Positions 16,642-30,119 of a DNA stretch of 64,000 nt are shown piece by piece. Below the pieces are notes generated by a model. That model ran no database searches and had not been told where the DNA came from. It worked only from the letters and a program-made list of their open reading frames with translations. The DNA is from Chrysomallon squamiferum (lineage: Eukaryota > Animalia > Mollusca). Positions within the stretch are counted from its first letter, which is position 1. Each line of letters starts with the position of its first letter. The stretch is taken from the NCBI GenBank assembly GCA_012295275.1, contig CM022665.1, positions 25,110,001-25,174,000 of the forward strand, given 5' to 3'. The translations under genes were made by a program, and so were the position numbers.

Positions 16642-17744
16642 AGAAATAATATATAAAGAATAAAAGAATATTTTATAAATATTTGTGAATATGTTTTAAA
16701 GAAACAAAGTGGATGAATTTAATTTTTTTTTTTTTTTCTTATATATATAATTATTTTTTTTTTGAATATTTTAAATAATTTGTTTATTTAAAACATTTTA
16801 AAAAGTGGATACATTTTTTTTTTTTTTTTTATTACTTACTTGTTTATGGTATTTCATTTTTTGTTGTTGTCATTTTACAATAGTTATAAAGTTTTATTTA
16901 TCCTAATGTGCTGCCTACTTTAATAAAAATTATTATTCAACAAAGCTTTTCTTTAAATTTATTACATTGTTGATAAACTTATCCAATACAGACTTTAAAA
17001 TGTGATACTGGTAAATAAATGTTATGTATTTGAGCAAAAATGTTATTTAGTAAATAAATTGACAAAAGAAACACAGTTTTAATGTAAGGTTTTATTACAT
17101 ACACTTTTTCCAAAAAAATCTTTTATTGCACATTTGATTCACAACAACAGTAGATCATATTTACTGCCCAGTGTTGCCACTAACATTTAAAACTCAGCTA
17201 TGGTTTTTTTTTTTTTTTTTTTTTTTGTTGTTGTTTTTTTTTCTCAGAATTTACACATACAAGTCTATATATAATAATTTGAAAAAAGCACATTATATCA
17301 CATTCTTGAGGAAGATTAATAACATTTTTAAAACAAAATGTTTATTATTATTTTTTCTCATTACCATTTAAATTTATTATTGATTTTTAGAAAACTGAAA
17401 CAAAATTAAAAGGAATAGTTTCAGTTTGAACACAATAATAAATCAGTAAATAAATAAATCTCCAAATTTAAAATCCATTTTTTTTAGTTATGCATTTAAA
17501 GTAGACAATAAGCAATAAATTGAAATAACAAATGATTCGGTATATATATATATATATATATATATATGTGCATGCCATTAAAAATAATAATAAATTCTTT
17601 AGTAACAAACACTGGCCTTAAATTTTATAATGAAAAAAGAAAATGAAGAAACAACACTGCTGATGATAAAAGTACTGAAATTAAGTACATCTTTGATATT
17701 AAGTACACATAATATTCTCTATTAAGTACAAGTATGTAATTTCC

Positions 17745-18180
17745 TGAAACATAACACAAAAAACCCTCAAGATCTCAAAATAAAATTTATAATATTTTAA
17801 TAAAATTATTAAATAAAATAGTAGTATGAAAACACAATGTTGTTGTTATCTGAAAAATGAACACCAAAATATATTTGCCAAATCTCTGAGCATAATATAT
17901 TTAATATATTTTAATAAACATTTAAGAGGATGGTTTGATGAAAACATAATGATATGAATTCCTGGAAAATGAACACCAGAAGCTATCTGGCAGATCTCTA
18001 AATGTAAAATATGCTTTTCATTTAATATATTTTATTAAATGTAAATAAGACGATAGCATTTGAAAACATAATGAAACAGTTATCTGAAAAATGAACACCA
18101 AACATATATATAGCAAATCTGTATGTGGAGCATGCATCTGATCTAAAATAATATTTAATAAAAGTGTTTATGAAAACATA
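17745..18180. repeat. Degenerate tandem repeat, ~110-120 bp unit, ~4 copies
   Basis: The block atgaaaacataatg...tgaaaaatgaacacca...gc(a/c)aatct...tttaatatattttaataaa recurs at ~17826, 17938, 18060 and 18170. Confidence 0.75.
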
Positions 18181-18962
18181 AAGTTAGAAACAGAGTTAAC
18201 ATAACTCCAAATGACTAGATATAGTGAAAGAGAAGATAGATGAACAGAACATGCAAATGGTGGACCAACTGTTATTAGTAGATAAATGCAATTTTCTGGT
18301 ATCTGGAGCAAAACTGTTAAATTTTGCAACAATATTTTGGTCACATAAGTCTAAATACATATATACAGTGGGGAAGAATTTTTCTATTATTATTTATTAT
18401 ACTTTTTAAATTATTTGTTATTATTATATTTTAATTTGCTTCTCCGTCTTAAATGAGATACTTTTAAATATTTCTAATTCCTTGAAATCAGTTAACCAAA
18501 AAAATATAATTCAACATTTTAATTTTATTTTACATTCTTTAATTAATTATTAAATAAAAAAAAAATAACAACATTGAAACAGCACTTGTGATTTTATAAA
18601 GAAGATCAAATAATTTTATATTATCAGAGATTAGCACTTATTTAGTGTGAAATATTCAACACATTTGTTTTGAATGGGTAATATTGCTGTAATATCCATA
18701 ATATGTGCTGAGTGTTTAATATTATATAAATAAATGTAAATTTGTATCTCATTACAGGCATCTGGCATGGATGACAGATCTGATCCTATTGATGATCCTA
18801 TGGCAAACATGCCTGAACTATATAATGGCACCTTAACGTATTGAAGGTAAAAACCTCAGTTTATATGACTCTGCTAATAATAAATCTGTTGTCCTGACAA
18901 AGGCATCTTGGTAACGTGTTATAGTTAAATGTGTTACGGTTTATATTACAGATCTCTGCTGA

Positions 18963-20276
18963 TCACAGATCATTTGCATGACGTGGTCTTATCTTTAAAA
19001 CAATTTCTTTCATGGAGTTATTTGGTCCTTTCCAAGGTTTCCACGTTATGCCATCAAAACGTTTCTCTGGAATTTTCTCGCTTTTGTAATAAATACCAAA
19101 CAGGTTGTTATTGTAACACCTGTAGTACCAACCCCCACCCTTAAAACGTTTTGAACAACTTCCGCCCATCTGCGTTTCCTTCAGGAGGTCGTTGTCGCGG
19201 TCGTAGGTACTGAACATCATGTTACTGTGTCGTAGGAACCCGTCCCCCGCGTCTCCGCTGTACCCGTGGACGTGAAGTCGGTAGTTTTCATCTTCGTTTT
19301 CTATCCAAAAGTCCTCATACTCGGCATAACGTCTTTGTCGTTCCCAGTCGACGATTTCCACTCTCAGCATGTAGTAGTCTTGATTGGTCAGATAATGCAA
19401 GTTGTCGTTGCCAATCCAGTGCTCCGAATAGACTCCTTAAAGACATTTTGTTAAATAGTTAATACTGGCTTTTCTTACTACTCCAGTAATAATAATAATA
19501 ATTTTGGTATTAATACAAAAACGATAGATATGTTCTTCATCACAACAGTATAACTGATATAAATTAATTTCGTCTCAAATCAATATTCAGCTAAAATAAG
19601 CAAACCAACGATAAAACAATAAATAAATAAATAAACGTACCTCCGAAACCTGTTTTATAATCGTTCCAGTTTCTGTTAAAATCTACAGAACCATCCACGC
19701 GTTTCATTATTATCGTCCAGCCACCTTTTCTCATGTCGCACAACACGGGAATCTGTTCCCTGGACCCAGGCAAATAGATTCTGTACATTCTGTTGACAGA
19801 CTGACCCATCTCGTACCAGCCGTAACAATCTATGATGAAATGAACAGTTGATTGTTATGTTTAATTCCATCTAGAAAAGCAAAAATCAGTTTCTTGGGCG
19901 TATGCGAACTCTTTCTTTAAGGAGGTGGGGCGCAAAGGGATTGATATACATATATACAAATGCACGCTGCTAATCGGTAAGAATGTCAAAAACAAACAGC
20001 AGGCGTTTGCACTGAATTGATTACCTTTATACAAAACTGACATTTTTAACATTATTATATTTTGAGGTTCATTCATTAATTTTATTGTTTTAAAATGCTA
20101 AAAGATATCAAGCAGGTGTACGTCAACCATCTTTAACATAAAACACATTAAATTATTAATAAAGAAAACAAACGATTAACAATGAAGAAATTAATGAGCC
20201 TAACTGTTTATGAGCAATAGCATGAGAATTAGTTACACTTTTTTTTAAAAAACAAATTATTTCTACGATAATTTCC

Positions 20277-20309
<33 letters not shown>

Positions 20310-23304
20310 GTAAAAACAAACAGAAAAAAGAAACGAAGAAAAACGTGTTTTATATTTTGTAGGTGGATATGGGAAATGCGTTTTAGAAACAGATACATTT
20401 TTAATATATGTACTTATATTTGTCTGAGCTATTACTATAAACGAAAGCGTTTTGAAATAAATAATTCAATACCTTTTGGTTTATCTAACCCTTCTTCTGT
20501 GTAAAACACTCTTTGGGTTTTTTCAATGTTTTGCTGTTGTATATTTTCAACAGTTTTGTCTTTGTTCTTATTTTCTGGCGGAATCTGTTTCTCTTTAATT
20601 TCATCTTTCACGCCACTGATTTCTTTTTTCTCAGTTACTTGTTTTTCAGCTTTTTTCTTTACAATATTTTCGTTCGTTTTCTTTTCCTCTGTTTTCACAA
20701 TTTTTTCACTTGTTTTTTCTTTCATGTCCTGCTTTTCATTTTCAACTTTTCTCGCATCTTTCTGGACGATTTTCTTCTCTGCATTTATTGTTTCAGCTTT
20801 TTTATCAGGTTTGACGTTTTCGCCAGTTGTCTCTTTACTTTTGAATTTCTGTTCCTCCTTTTTAATTTCATTCTTCTGTTTTAAAGATATTTCCTGTGCT
20901 TGTGGACGTTCATCAGTAATGTGATTTTTTCTCTCTTTTATTTTTGGTATTCTTGTAATTGTTGTTTGAGCTTCAACCGCATTTCTGTTTTTATGTTCAC
21001 CATCGGCTATTTTTAGTTCTTGTTTTAATTTAAGAACATTTGTATCAAATTTATAACCTTCATCGGATCTGTACGATGCTGTATCTGGAGTTTGACTCGA
21101 AAGATACCGACATTTTGTCCAGCGCAATGGTGAAAAAGGAGGACATGGAGATATTATTAAGGAATAAAGCAGACAAAATCTTGGACTCTTGTTTCCATGG
21201 CAGTCCCATTTTTTGTCAACCCAGGCGGTTGGGTTTTCGGGGAAAAATTTATTCGTTTGATGATTTTTATTTTCGGTTTCTTTTACGCTGTCCACCCGGC
21301 TGTTTCTAGATGTGATTTTGTCAGAAACCAGATGTCCTAACTTTTCTAAAATATCCGACGATGTTGTTTGAATATCTAATCTTGCTTTCAGACTTTGCGT
21401 TTCTTGTCTTTGTTTAGTGTTATCGTCTGCTAGCTCTTGCATTTTTTTCATAATGCTCGAAATTATCGCAGTTTGATTCATTACAATCTGATGTAGAATT
21501 TGGTTCTGTTCTTCTAATTGTGTATGTTTGCGTTGTAACTTGTCAAAAAGATCCGAATGGTTTTGAATCATACTTTTCAACTGAGTGATTTTCATCTGTT
21601 GCTGGGTAATCATTTCGTTATGTTTTGTAGAATTGGCTTGGTGGTCTTTCTGACTTCTGACGTGCGCTAACTCGAGATATTTTCCCTGACGTTTCTTCAG
21701 CATTTCATTCTCCTCTCGCAAGAGAAAATAACTTTGATTGAGTTTCAAAAGTTCGTTTTCGACTTTTAAAATCTGGTTCTCTAACTTCGCAAATGAGCCC
21801 GTATCATTTTGCTGGGAAAGTTGTTCGGACAATAATTTATTTTCCAAACGAATGATCATTAATTCTAACGCCTGTATCTTCGTTTCATATTCATTAGCTT
21901 TTAAAGTCAATTGCTGTTCAAATCTAACGAAATCAAAGTAAGATGAACGATGATCATTTTGATTTTTGCCTTGAGATTCTTCAGCCTTCTCTAGATTTAC
22001 TTCTTTTTCAGATTCAGAATCTATATTAACTTTTGCTTTGTAACTTCCAGACGTTTGCTTTCCTTTAAGCGAGTTATCCACATTAATATTTTCAACAGAT
22101 TTTTTAATATCTACTTGTTTAGAGGCAGTCAGTTTATTAATTTTTCTTTCATTCTTATTAACTTCTATTTTTTCTCTATCGCTATTTTCATTTTTTGAAA
22201 AACTTTCGTCCGAGTATCCAGGAAGACACTTAGTATCTTCAAGAATTGTTACGTAAAAACAGTGATTTGAACAACTACGTTTCAACAGACATTTGTCTGA
22301 TATACTCTTGGAAATGTAATTTTTAGCGGGGAGTTTCTTAACTTTAACTTCTAACAAATATTGTAGGGCGAGTGAACTGCCACGGAAACAAATTCCGCGA
22401 ATAATATTAGAAATGTATACACTGGTGAAAACGGGTTTAACTTTTCTCTTCTTTTTCTTTGTATGCACCTTCCTCGCTTCATTCATAACAGTTTTGTTCA
22501 TTTCTATATTATTTTTATTACCACTGTCATCTATTTTATATTTAGAATCGAATGTCTCCTTTTTCTTATCCACATTTTCTTCATGACTATAACTTTTTCC
22601 TGTCGTCTGCTCTGTTTTTGAACCCGAGTCTCCAACTTGTTTGACATCATTCGCTTCTAAATTTTCAAATATTGTCGCTTCTGTGCCTTCGCTGTCTCCA
22701 AATTCAGTATCGTCACCAAATTCCGTCTCGTCATTCATACCCATGTTCAGGTCTTTGTCTTGTGAAGTGTCTTTTGAGCTTTTCTGATCCGCGTCAGATG
22801 CAGACAACCCGCCTTCCTTATCGACCAGAAATCCTTGTTCTTTATTTTTAAACACATTATAGTAACCTTTGAGGATATCGCAGCTCACCATATCATTGTT
22901 GTTTATCTTAGCCTGTTTCAACAAACTGTCTAATTCAGATTTAGCCTGAAACTGCTTTTGTGTAAGTACTTCTGTTAAATGTCCGTCTGCTAACATGTTG
23001 ACGTACCACTGTCTTATATTGCAATTTCTTTCTGGAAGACTGCAAAAAGAAGAAGAAGAAAGAAATGCATTTATTAGTAATATTGATACATTAGCTACTA
23101 TTGTTAAAGCAGATAATTATACTACTGCTACTAGTACTATTATTACAACCTCTAATGCTATTTCTATTGCTACTATCACTTCTCTACTATCATTAATACT
23201 ACTAATAGTACTTCTCTACTATCATTAATAATACTAGTAGTATAACAATATCAACTACTACTACTAGTAATATTTAAAAGGTTCGTCTTATTTAATTTTA
23301 CTTT

Positions 23305-23374
<70 letters not shown>

Positions 23375-23722
23375 AAGCCAATAAATAAAAACAACAAAAG
23401 AAAAATAATGAATTAAATTTCTAGAAAATTACAATTTTATTTTGTAATCTTTCATTTTCACATATATGGAAATAAAAATCTAATTGAAATCCCTGAATTT
23501 CTATCAGTCGGTCTCTCTACCTTTGTCAGTCTGTCTATCCGTATATCCGTCCATCAATCCGTCTGTCTGTATATGTATAATTATATTTGTCTGTTTATCA
23601 TTCTGCCTATAATTTTTTAAAATAATTTTTATGAAAACTTACCAATATACTCCTTGCTTGGGCTGGAGAATACCTATCAACAAAAAGAAAGCCACATGGC
23701 TCGCGATATAACGATTCGACAT
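18963..23722 (-). CDS. Large secreted fibrinogen-related domain protein with coiled coil (scabrous/angiopoietin-like), ~1102 aa
   Basis: In-phase exons 23722-23643 (signal-peptide-like MSNRYIASHVAFFLLIGILQPKQGVYC; an in-frame upstream ATG exists at 23755), 23039-20473 (2567 nt), 19829-19641 and 19435-18963. C-terminal fibrinogen (FBG) domain: DC..VLCDM..GGWTIIMKRVDGSVDFNRNWNDYKTGFG..EHWIGNDNLH..YSGDAGD..FSTYDRDND..GGWYYRCYNNNLFG.Y..GITW. Confidence 0.92.
23309..23371. repeat. (GA)n microsatellite
   Basis: Directly visible, in intron 1 of the FBG-domain gene. Confidence 0.95.
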
Positions 23723-24194
23723 ATCTCGGTAACAGTAACTCCATAAAGCATACATTCTTGAAGTCGGCACTTTATAAACTTCTTTATAATTGTTTTCTCA
23801 AAACGACATGAACACAAGAGTTATAAGAATGAAGAAACAAAATCAGCGAAAGTTAATCTTTACACATACTGATTTCTTGACTTTCCATTTGTATTTATAA
23901 CTGTCAGTGTAATACTTGCACTTCGTCTTTTTTCGAGTCATAATCTCCGACGTGGCTGTAGATGCAATTCTATAATATTGGTGACGTGCCATGCTGTTTC
24001 ACCGTTGCTTTATCGACCGGGTATATGTGTCACAGCTGGATCTATTACCCGACAACAAATGTATTTTAAAAAAAGAGAGAGAGAGAGCCACGAAGGCGCG
24101 TTTTATCGATAACGAAAATTTTAGGCGGTTAAATTACTTCTTTTTTTCTAATAAATTTGTGAACTATTCTTAACTAGTAAATATTTAACGTAAC

Positions 24195-24237
<43 letters not shown>

Positions 24238-24579
24238 CGGTTTTGTTCAAAGATTCGTAAACCGTCGTTAATTTTAATGACTTGCGAATGTTTACTTTAA
24301 ACAATAAAATTTAAAAAAAATAAATAAATAACGTTTCTTTTATTTATTTGTAATAAATTATTTTTTATTATATTACCATCTAGATCCTGATTATATTTAT
24401 AAACGTGAACGGCACGTGCACCTAGCGTGTAGGCGTCATTTGCCGAGAAATATGACAGTGTCGCTAAATCTATATTTAGCTATGAATCTGTTTCGCTAAA
24501 AACCTCTGCATCGACAGAATTGCCTCGTTCAAAGTTGAATGTTTATCACTTGCGGTTTCACTTCGGTAAAAAAAAAAAA

Positions 24580-24629
<50 letters not shown>

Positions 24630-27600
24630 TGAAATAAATAAATATATTTATTACAATAGCTTAGTTAGACGAATGTTTAGAATTTCTAAAATAAACGTAA
24701 GATGAATCGCCATTACATGACTTAATTGGTTATTACGTCATTAACACATTTTAGGTCAGAGAATAAAGCTGTTACTGTGAACAGTGACGGAAAAGGATTT
24801 TCGGAACAAGGGGTACACCAAGGTCCGTACGGCAGAGGTTGAGATGTGGATGCTGTAAGCTGAGTATTTTCAGTATTATTTTTATTTCTTCATCGAACTG
24901 AAGAAGCTGTTTTTTTTTTTTTTGGTTTTTTTTTTAGTATCTTACTTTGCTTATTTTCACAGAGGTACACCAGTCTGAACTGTATAGATATTTGATAATT
25001 TCCACTTCACGACATAAATGTTTCTGACATACATATATAAAAGTAACTTATCAGCTTTGTTGTGGCGAGTGTTATAGAGTGAAGGTAAAAAAAAACATGA
25101 AAAGTTACTTAATTTTCTATTTATATTTAAAACAACACTGTAATTGTTAACTTTTATTTATTTTCAAATGATCGTTAATATATGTTAATGAACTTTTGAG
25201 AAGTAGAAAGTACAATTTGTCTATATTAATGCTGAGTTTTGAAGCTTATCCACAAAACAAAATGGGACTATTCTGCTGATATCCTCTTTTTCATGCTTGA
25301 ACACCATAGAAAGTTAGAGTCGTAAAAGCATTAGTATTTTTTTGTACTTCTTAACACTCAGCAATATTAAATGCACAATCACCTACCAGAAAAATAAAAC
25401 CAAGGATAAGTTTGCCTCCTAATTCAAGGGCTTGATCCCAAGACCATGTCATCTAACAATATCTCTAATTACATCTGTTTTGGGGGAGAGAGATAAAGAT
25501 AATAATAAACAGTACAACGGGCAATTTAAATGCATTTAAAATTTATTTCTAATTATCTATAATAAGTTGTACAACAGACTACAAAAAACGACAACTTTTT
25601 CATAATAAACATTTCATTATTTGATTAATGTTTAATAATCCAAGTAAACTTATCAATTGTAACATTGTTTCAGTAGGAGTTAGGTGTACTGCAATATACA
25701 TCAACATGGTTTTGACTGTATTATTATACCCAGTTGAAAAGCAGGATATAGAAAAGAGACATACTGCCCCCAAAACTTCATTACATAAAAAAACTGACTA
25801 TAATGATTTGAATGCCATTAAGTATTGATTGATTAAACACTACACAATAATTTTGTTTATAACATTTAAAAAAAAGAAATTGTCTGACATCATATTATCA
25901 TCAAACTACTTTATTTGTGAAAAGAGAAGAGTATTAAATTAACAGTTTGAATTCCAGGTTTAAATGTGTAATTTTTTTTAAATGTGCCAGATGTGTCAAT
26001 AACATTTTGGTTATTTACTAGTAAATGTATCACAATTTTAAAACATGTATGTACATGTATTTATCATTAATGTGTAGTTGTGTTTAAATTCAGAATCCAT
26101 ATTTTACAACATTGTTGGTTTGGTTTCACTTTAGTGATTGAAAGGGTCAGGTCATTCCGTAAATAATACATACACTTTATATTAAGACAAACTGCAAGAA
26201 TTATCTTTTTTTCTGAAACTATGTAATGGGTAGAATGTTCAAGAGTATATATTTATAATTTGTAAAAGCATAATGCTATATTTTAAAACTATAAAATCAA
26301 CCAAAATTTAACACTTGAAATAAATAAACCAACCAATACATAAACAAACAACCACACTTGAAAAAAAAAAAAAAAGAAATAATAATAATAATAATTACAT
26401 AAAATGAAACAAAACATAAGTTTTTCATATTTTATCTTTATTTGGCCATGTATATATACTGTTATTCTAAGCATAACAAATTTATTACAAGCACAGAACT
26501 ATAATTGTACCTAAAATGAACAAATATCACAGTATAAGAAAACGTAATTGTATAAATATGAAACACTAACTATAGCAAAAAATAATAAAAAAACAACTTT
26601 AATTCACTACTTCAAGTAAACAATTTGTATAATAAGTTTTATATAAATGTTGTGATAAGCAAATTTGAATAAGGTGAGAAAAAAGAAGGTTACATGACAT
26701 CAAGTTGTATGCTACTGGATTAAAGCTATCAAGAATAAATTAACAATAACAGATTACAACAGCACATATAACAATAATAAGAAGATGATGAAGAAAAGAG
26801 GAAGAAGAAAAAGAAGATAAAGAAAAGAACAAAGAAAATTTGAAAACAGATTTAAAAAATTAAAATGCGAATATTCATCCTTATTTCTATTTCTGTAACA
26901 GCTTATTTCAATCGTCTCTGCACAATGAGCACATCTTTAGACTTTTTTTTTTTTTCAAATTAGTTCTTCCAATTAATTAATTAATTTATTGATTTATTTA
27001 GCTTGCCTGGGATGGGTTTTTTTTTTTCATGTTTTTATTTTTGTATATTATAACGGTATTAAATTGATGCTTGACAGTTATATTCAGATATAATTATACT
27101 CAAATGCATAAAACAATACTAGTTTTATGATACATATCTTTTCTCTGTATCAGATGGGAAACAACTAATGTGTTATTATCATTATTACCATTATTACTAT
27201 TATTACTATTATTACTATTATTGTTTTTATTAAAATTGTAAATGTAAGTAAAATTATTTTAAATTAACAGTTTCAAAATTTAATGCATTTGAAAAGGAAA
27301 TTAAATTCAATCAAAACAAAAAAAGAAAATCAAAGATTTCAACAAAAAAAGGTTAAAATCAATATAAAAGTAATTAAAAATTTTAAATACGTAATCACTC
27401 AATGTTCATGATTTTAAAGGTTAAATACACAATTCAGGTGAAAAAACTTTTAAAAATAATAAACTACAGTTTTGATAACAAGATGTAAAGGTAAATAGTA
27501 ATTACAATGACATATAATTTTACATTTAAAGATAATACAGAACATTAAACAGCCATGTACGGTTACAATATTGTTCTCACAATTCAAATGCAACAGATTA

Positions 27601-27898
27601 AGCACATTTAAATGAATACAAATAATATATTTGTTTTCAAAATTAAACAAATATTAATACAACATTTATCACAATTAAATTGAAATGGAAAAATATAAAT
27701 TACAGAATATTAAAATCTGGGCAACAATTCTCAGCCTTTGCCCAAACAATTTAAAAAAAATAATATTAATAATTTTTTTGTTAGGGAAACAAATACATAT
27801 AGATAAAAGAAAAAAGAAAAAAATTGTTTTTGTTCTTGTATAGAAAGACTCCACTCAATAAAATAAAGTAAATAAATAAATAATAAAATAAAACAAAT

Positions 27899-27943
<45 letters not shown>

Positions 27944-28520
27944 AAAAATTATAAACCCCTCAGAAACCCATCAAAAAGTTAAAATAAATAAATAATAATA
28001 CCAAAAAAAAAAATGGCAATACTAAGAATTAATGAGGATGGGGAATAAGAATAAGAATAATAAAGAATGTATATCTATGTTAATAAGTTTTCAAATATAA
28101 TAAAAAGAAAATTTCGGGATAATGTTAAAGTACTACATACAAAAACAAATATTACGTGAACTAAATATAATATTTCTAAATCTGATTAAATGTAATCTCT
28201 TTGGATTCACTTGAATCACCAGTGGAAGGTTAACTTTCATAATAACTAAATGACAAAATAACTTTAATCTATGAAGGAAGGAGAGGGAGACTGGGAGACT
28301 TGAAGAAACAGAGAAAAAAGTCACAGCCATTTATATTATTGCCGTCCTACATTTATTATGGATTTTTTTACTAAAACCAAATAATTTTGACATAAATAAT
28401 TGTTTTTACCAAAATGTGTGACAAAATATCCAATATGTGACCATAAACAATATATCACTTTCAATAACTTGAAGAATATCTTCAGGTTTATCACTGCTAC
28501 TTGCAGCTATGATTATTATG

Positions 28521-28657
28521 ACAAATGCCAACTGAAAATCTCAACAGTATCTTTAACACAGACTAGAACACTTAGTAATATTACAACAAATGCCAACTGA
28601 AAATCTCAACAGTATCTTTAACACAGACTAGAACACTTAGTAATATTACAACAAATG
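28521..28657. repeat. Perfect 65-bp tandem duplication
   Basis: acaaatgccaactgaaaatctcaacagtatctttaacacagactagaacacttagtaatattaca occurs at 28521 and 28586, plus a 7-nt third start (acaaatg) at 28651. Confidence 0.95.
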
Positions 28658-29674
28658 TGAGTTACATCAGATAAACAGTGAATAAGTTTATATTTAAAAA
28701 TAATACTTGAGTAATAAATAAATAAATAAACAGATCTTAAATAAATATCTTATCTTCATAAAGACAGTATACAGGAATGGCAGAATAATTCTAACAGTTC
28801 TAATTATGTATTATTTTCAAATTGCCTTTATCTATAATAAAACTTGTTAAACAGCTATAACTCGAACATTTAACAATAAATAAAAAAATAATGAAAGTTA
28901 AACAATCCCTATATTTTTACTTATTAATAATCTACAATTAATTAAATAACCTAATATATATATATATATTTAAATGCTGTAAAAGTGTTTAATTTAATTA
29001 GAAATATTTATTCTGTTTAAATGATTAATTTTAGGTTTTCAAAAGCCTTAAAGAAAACAATACATTTAATAATTTTATCATTTCAAAAACCTATTTTTGA
29101 TACTATACTAGTATAAATTTAAAATTACAATAAGTTTTTCCATTCCTGTTAAAAGGCAAAACAACAACAAATAGACACAAAACAAGTAATGGAAGTTGAA
29201 TGTGTTCTTGTTAACAAACATACCAGTTAACAAGAGAAAATGTTTCTTTCTTGAATTCCAAGATACAATTTGCATTGAACAACTGGCCAAGTCCTTTGGC
29301 TGTTGTACACAATATGTGTATATTTTAATTTCTGTGTAGGAACATTCATTTAAAATCAATTTATTTATAATCTTTAGTGCCCAGTAATATTTTCTTGTTT
29401 AACAATCGTGCTTTGACTTCACTAATCAGAATATAATATCTTTATATAAGATTAAATTATGTTTTGTATTAGAATAATCAAACATAACAGGATAATTTTC
29501 AGGATAAATTATGATTTGAATTGAATAAAGAAGTCCATTGGTTTCACACATAATGCATTTAGTTATTGCACATAAAAGTTTTATAATAGATTCTGTGTTA
29601 AACAGTAACATCTTTAACTTAGTTTAAGCTTCATTTTTATTCATATTCTATTCAAATAGAATAAATAATATTTT

Positions 29675-30100
29675 GTATTTAAACAGACCAAATTACATTT
29701 TATGTTTAAACAGACCAAATTACATTCTGTATATAAAGAGACTAAATTAAGTTTTGTTAGAAAAGGTCTGTTAAATTATGCTTTAGTAGACAAGTCAGAC
29801 ATAAAAACATTCTTGATTTCATTTTACATACTGGCCTTATATAATGATTTATTGTTATAAATTCTGATAAATCATATTTTGTATTATTCAGTCAGACCAA
29901 ATTATATTTTCTGACTGAACAGTCAAACTAAATATACTATTGTAAAACTATTTCATGTTGAAATGAGGCCAAATTATGTCAAATTTGTGTGGCTAGTCCA
30001 AATTATTTATTGTGAATAGTCAATCTAAATCATGTTGAAATGGTCCAATCTATGTCAAACTGTATGGCTAGTCCATTTGTGTTGAACAAATGGGCCAAGT
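29675..30100. repeat. Degenerate short-unit repeat (cagaccaaatta-like) in the TMEM63 3' UTR
   Basis: Variants of agaccaaatta, ggccaaatta and gtccaaatta recur about 8-10 times. Confidence 0.6.
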
Positions 30101-30119
30101 AATACTGCATCATTTAGCT

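Noticed and set aside
20513-20924. Two plus-strand Phe/Ser-rich ORFs (123 and 132 aa)
   Set aside because: Antisense shadows of the Lys/Glu-rich part of the FBG gene's large exon.
25160-25243. Box C/D snoRNA-like arrangement (ATGATCG...CTGA with TTCAAA/TTTGAA stem)
   Set aside because: Non-canonical C box, AT-rich guide with no recognisable rRNA complement, and no demonstrated host gene.
28521-28657. Direct repeats considered as a CRISPR-like array (also 725-828)
   Set aside because: Head-to-tail tandem copies without unique spacers, in eukaryotic DNA, with no cas genes.
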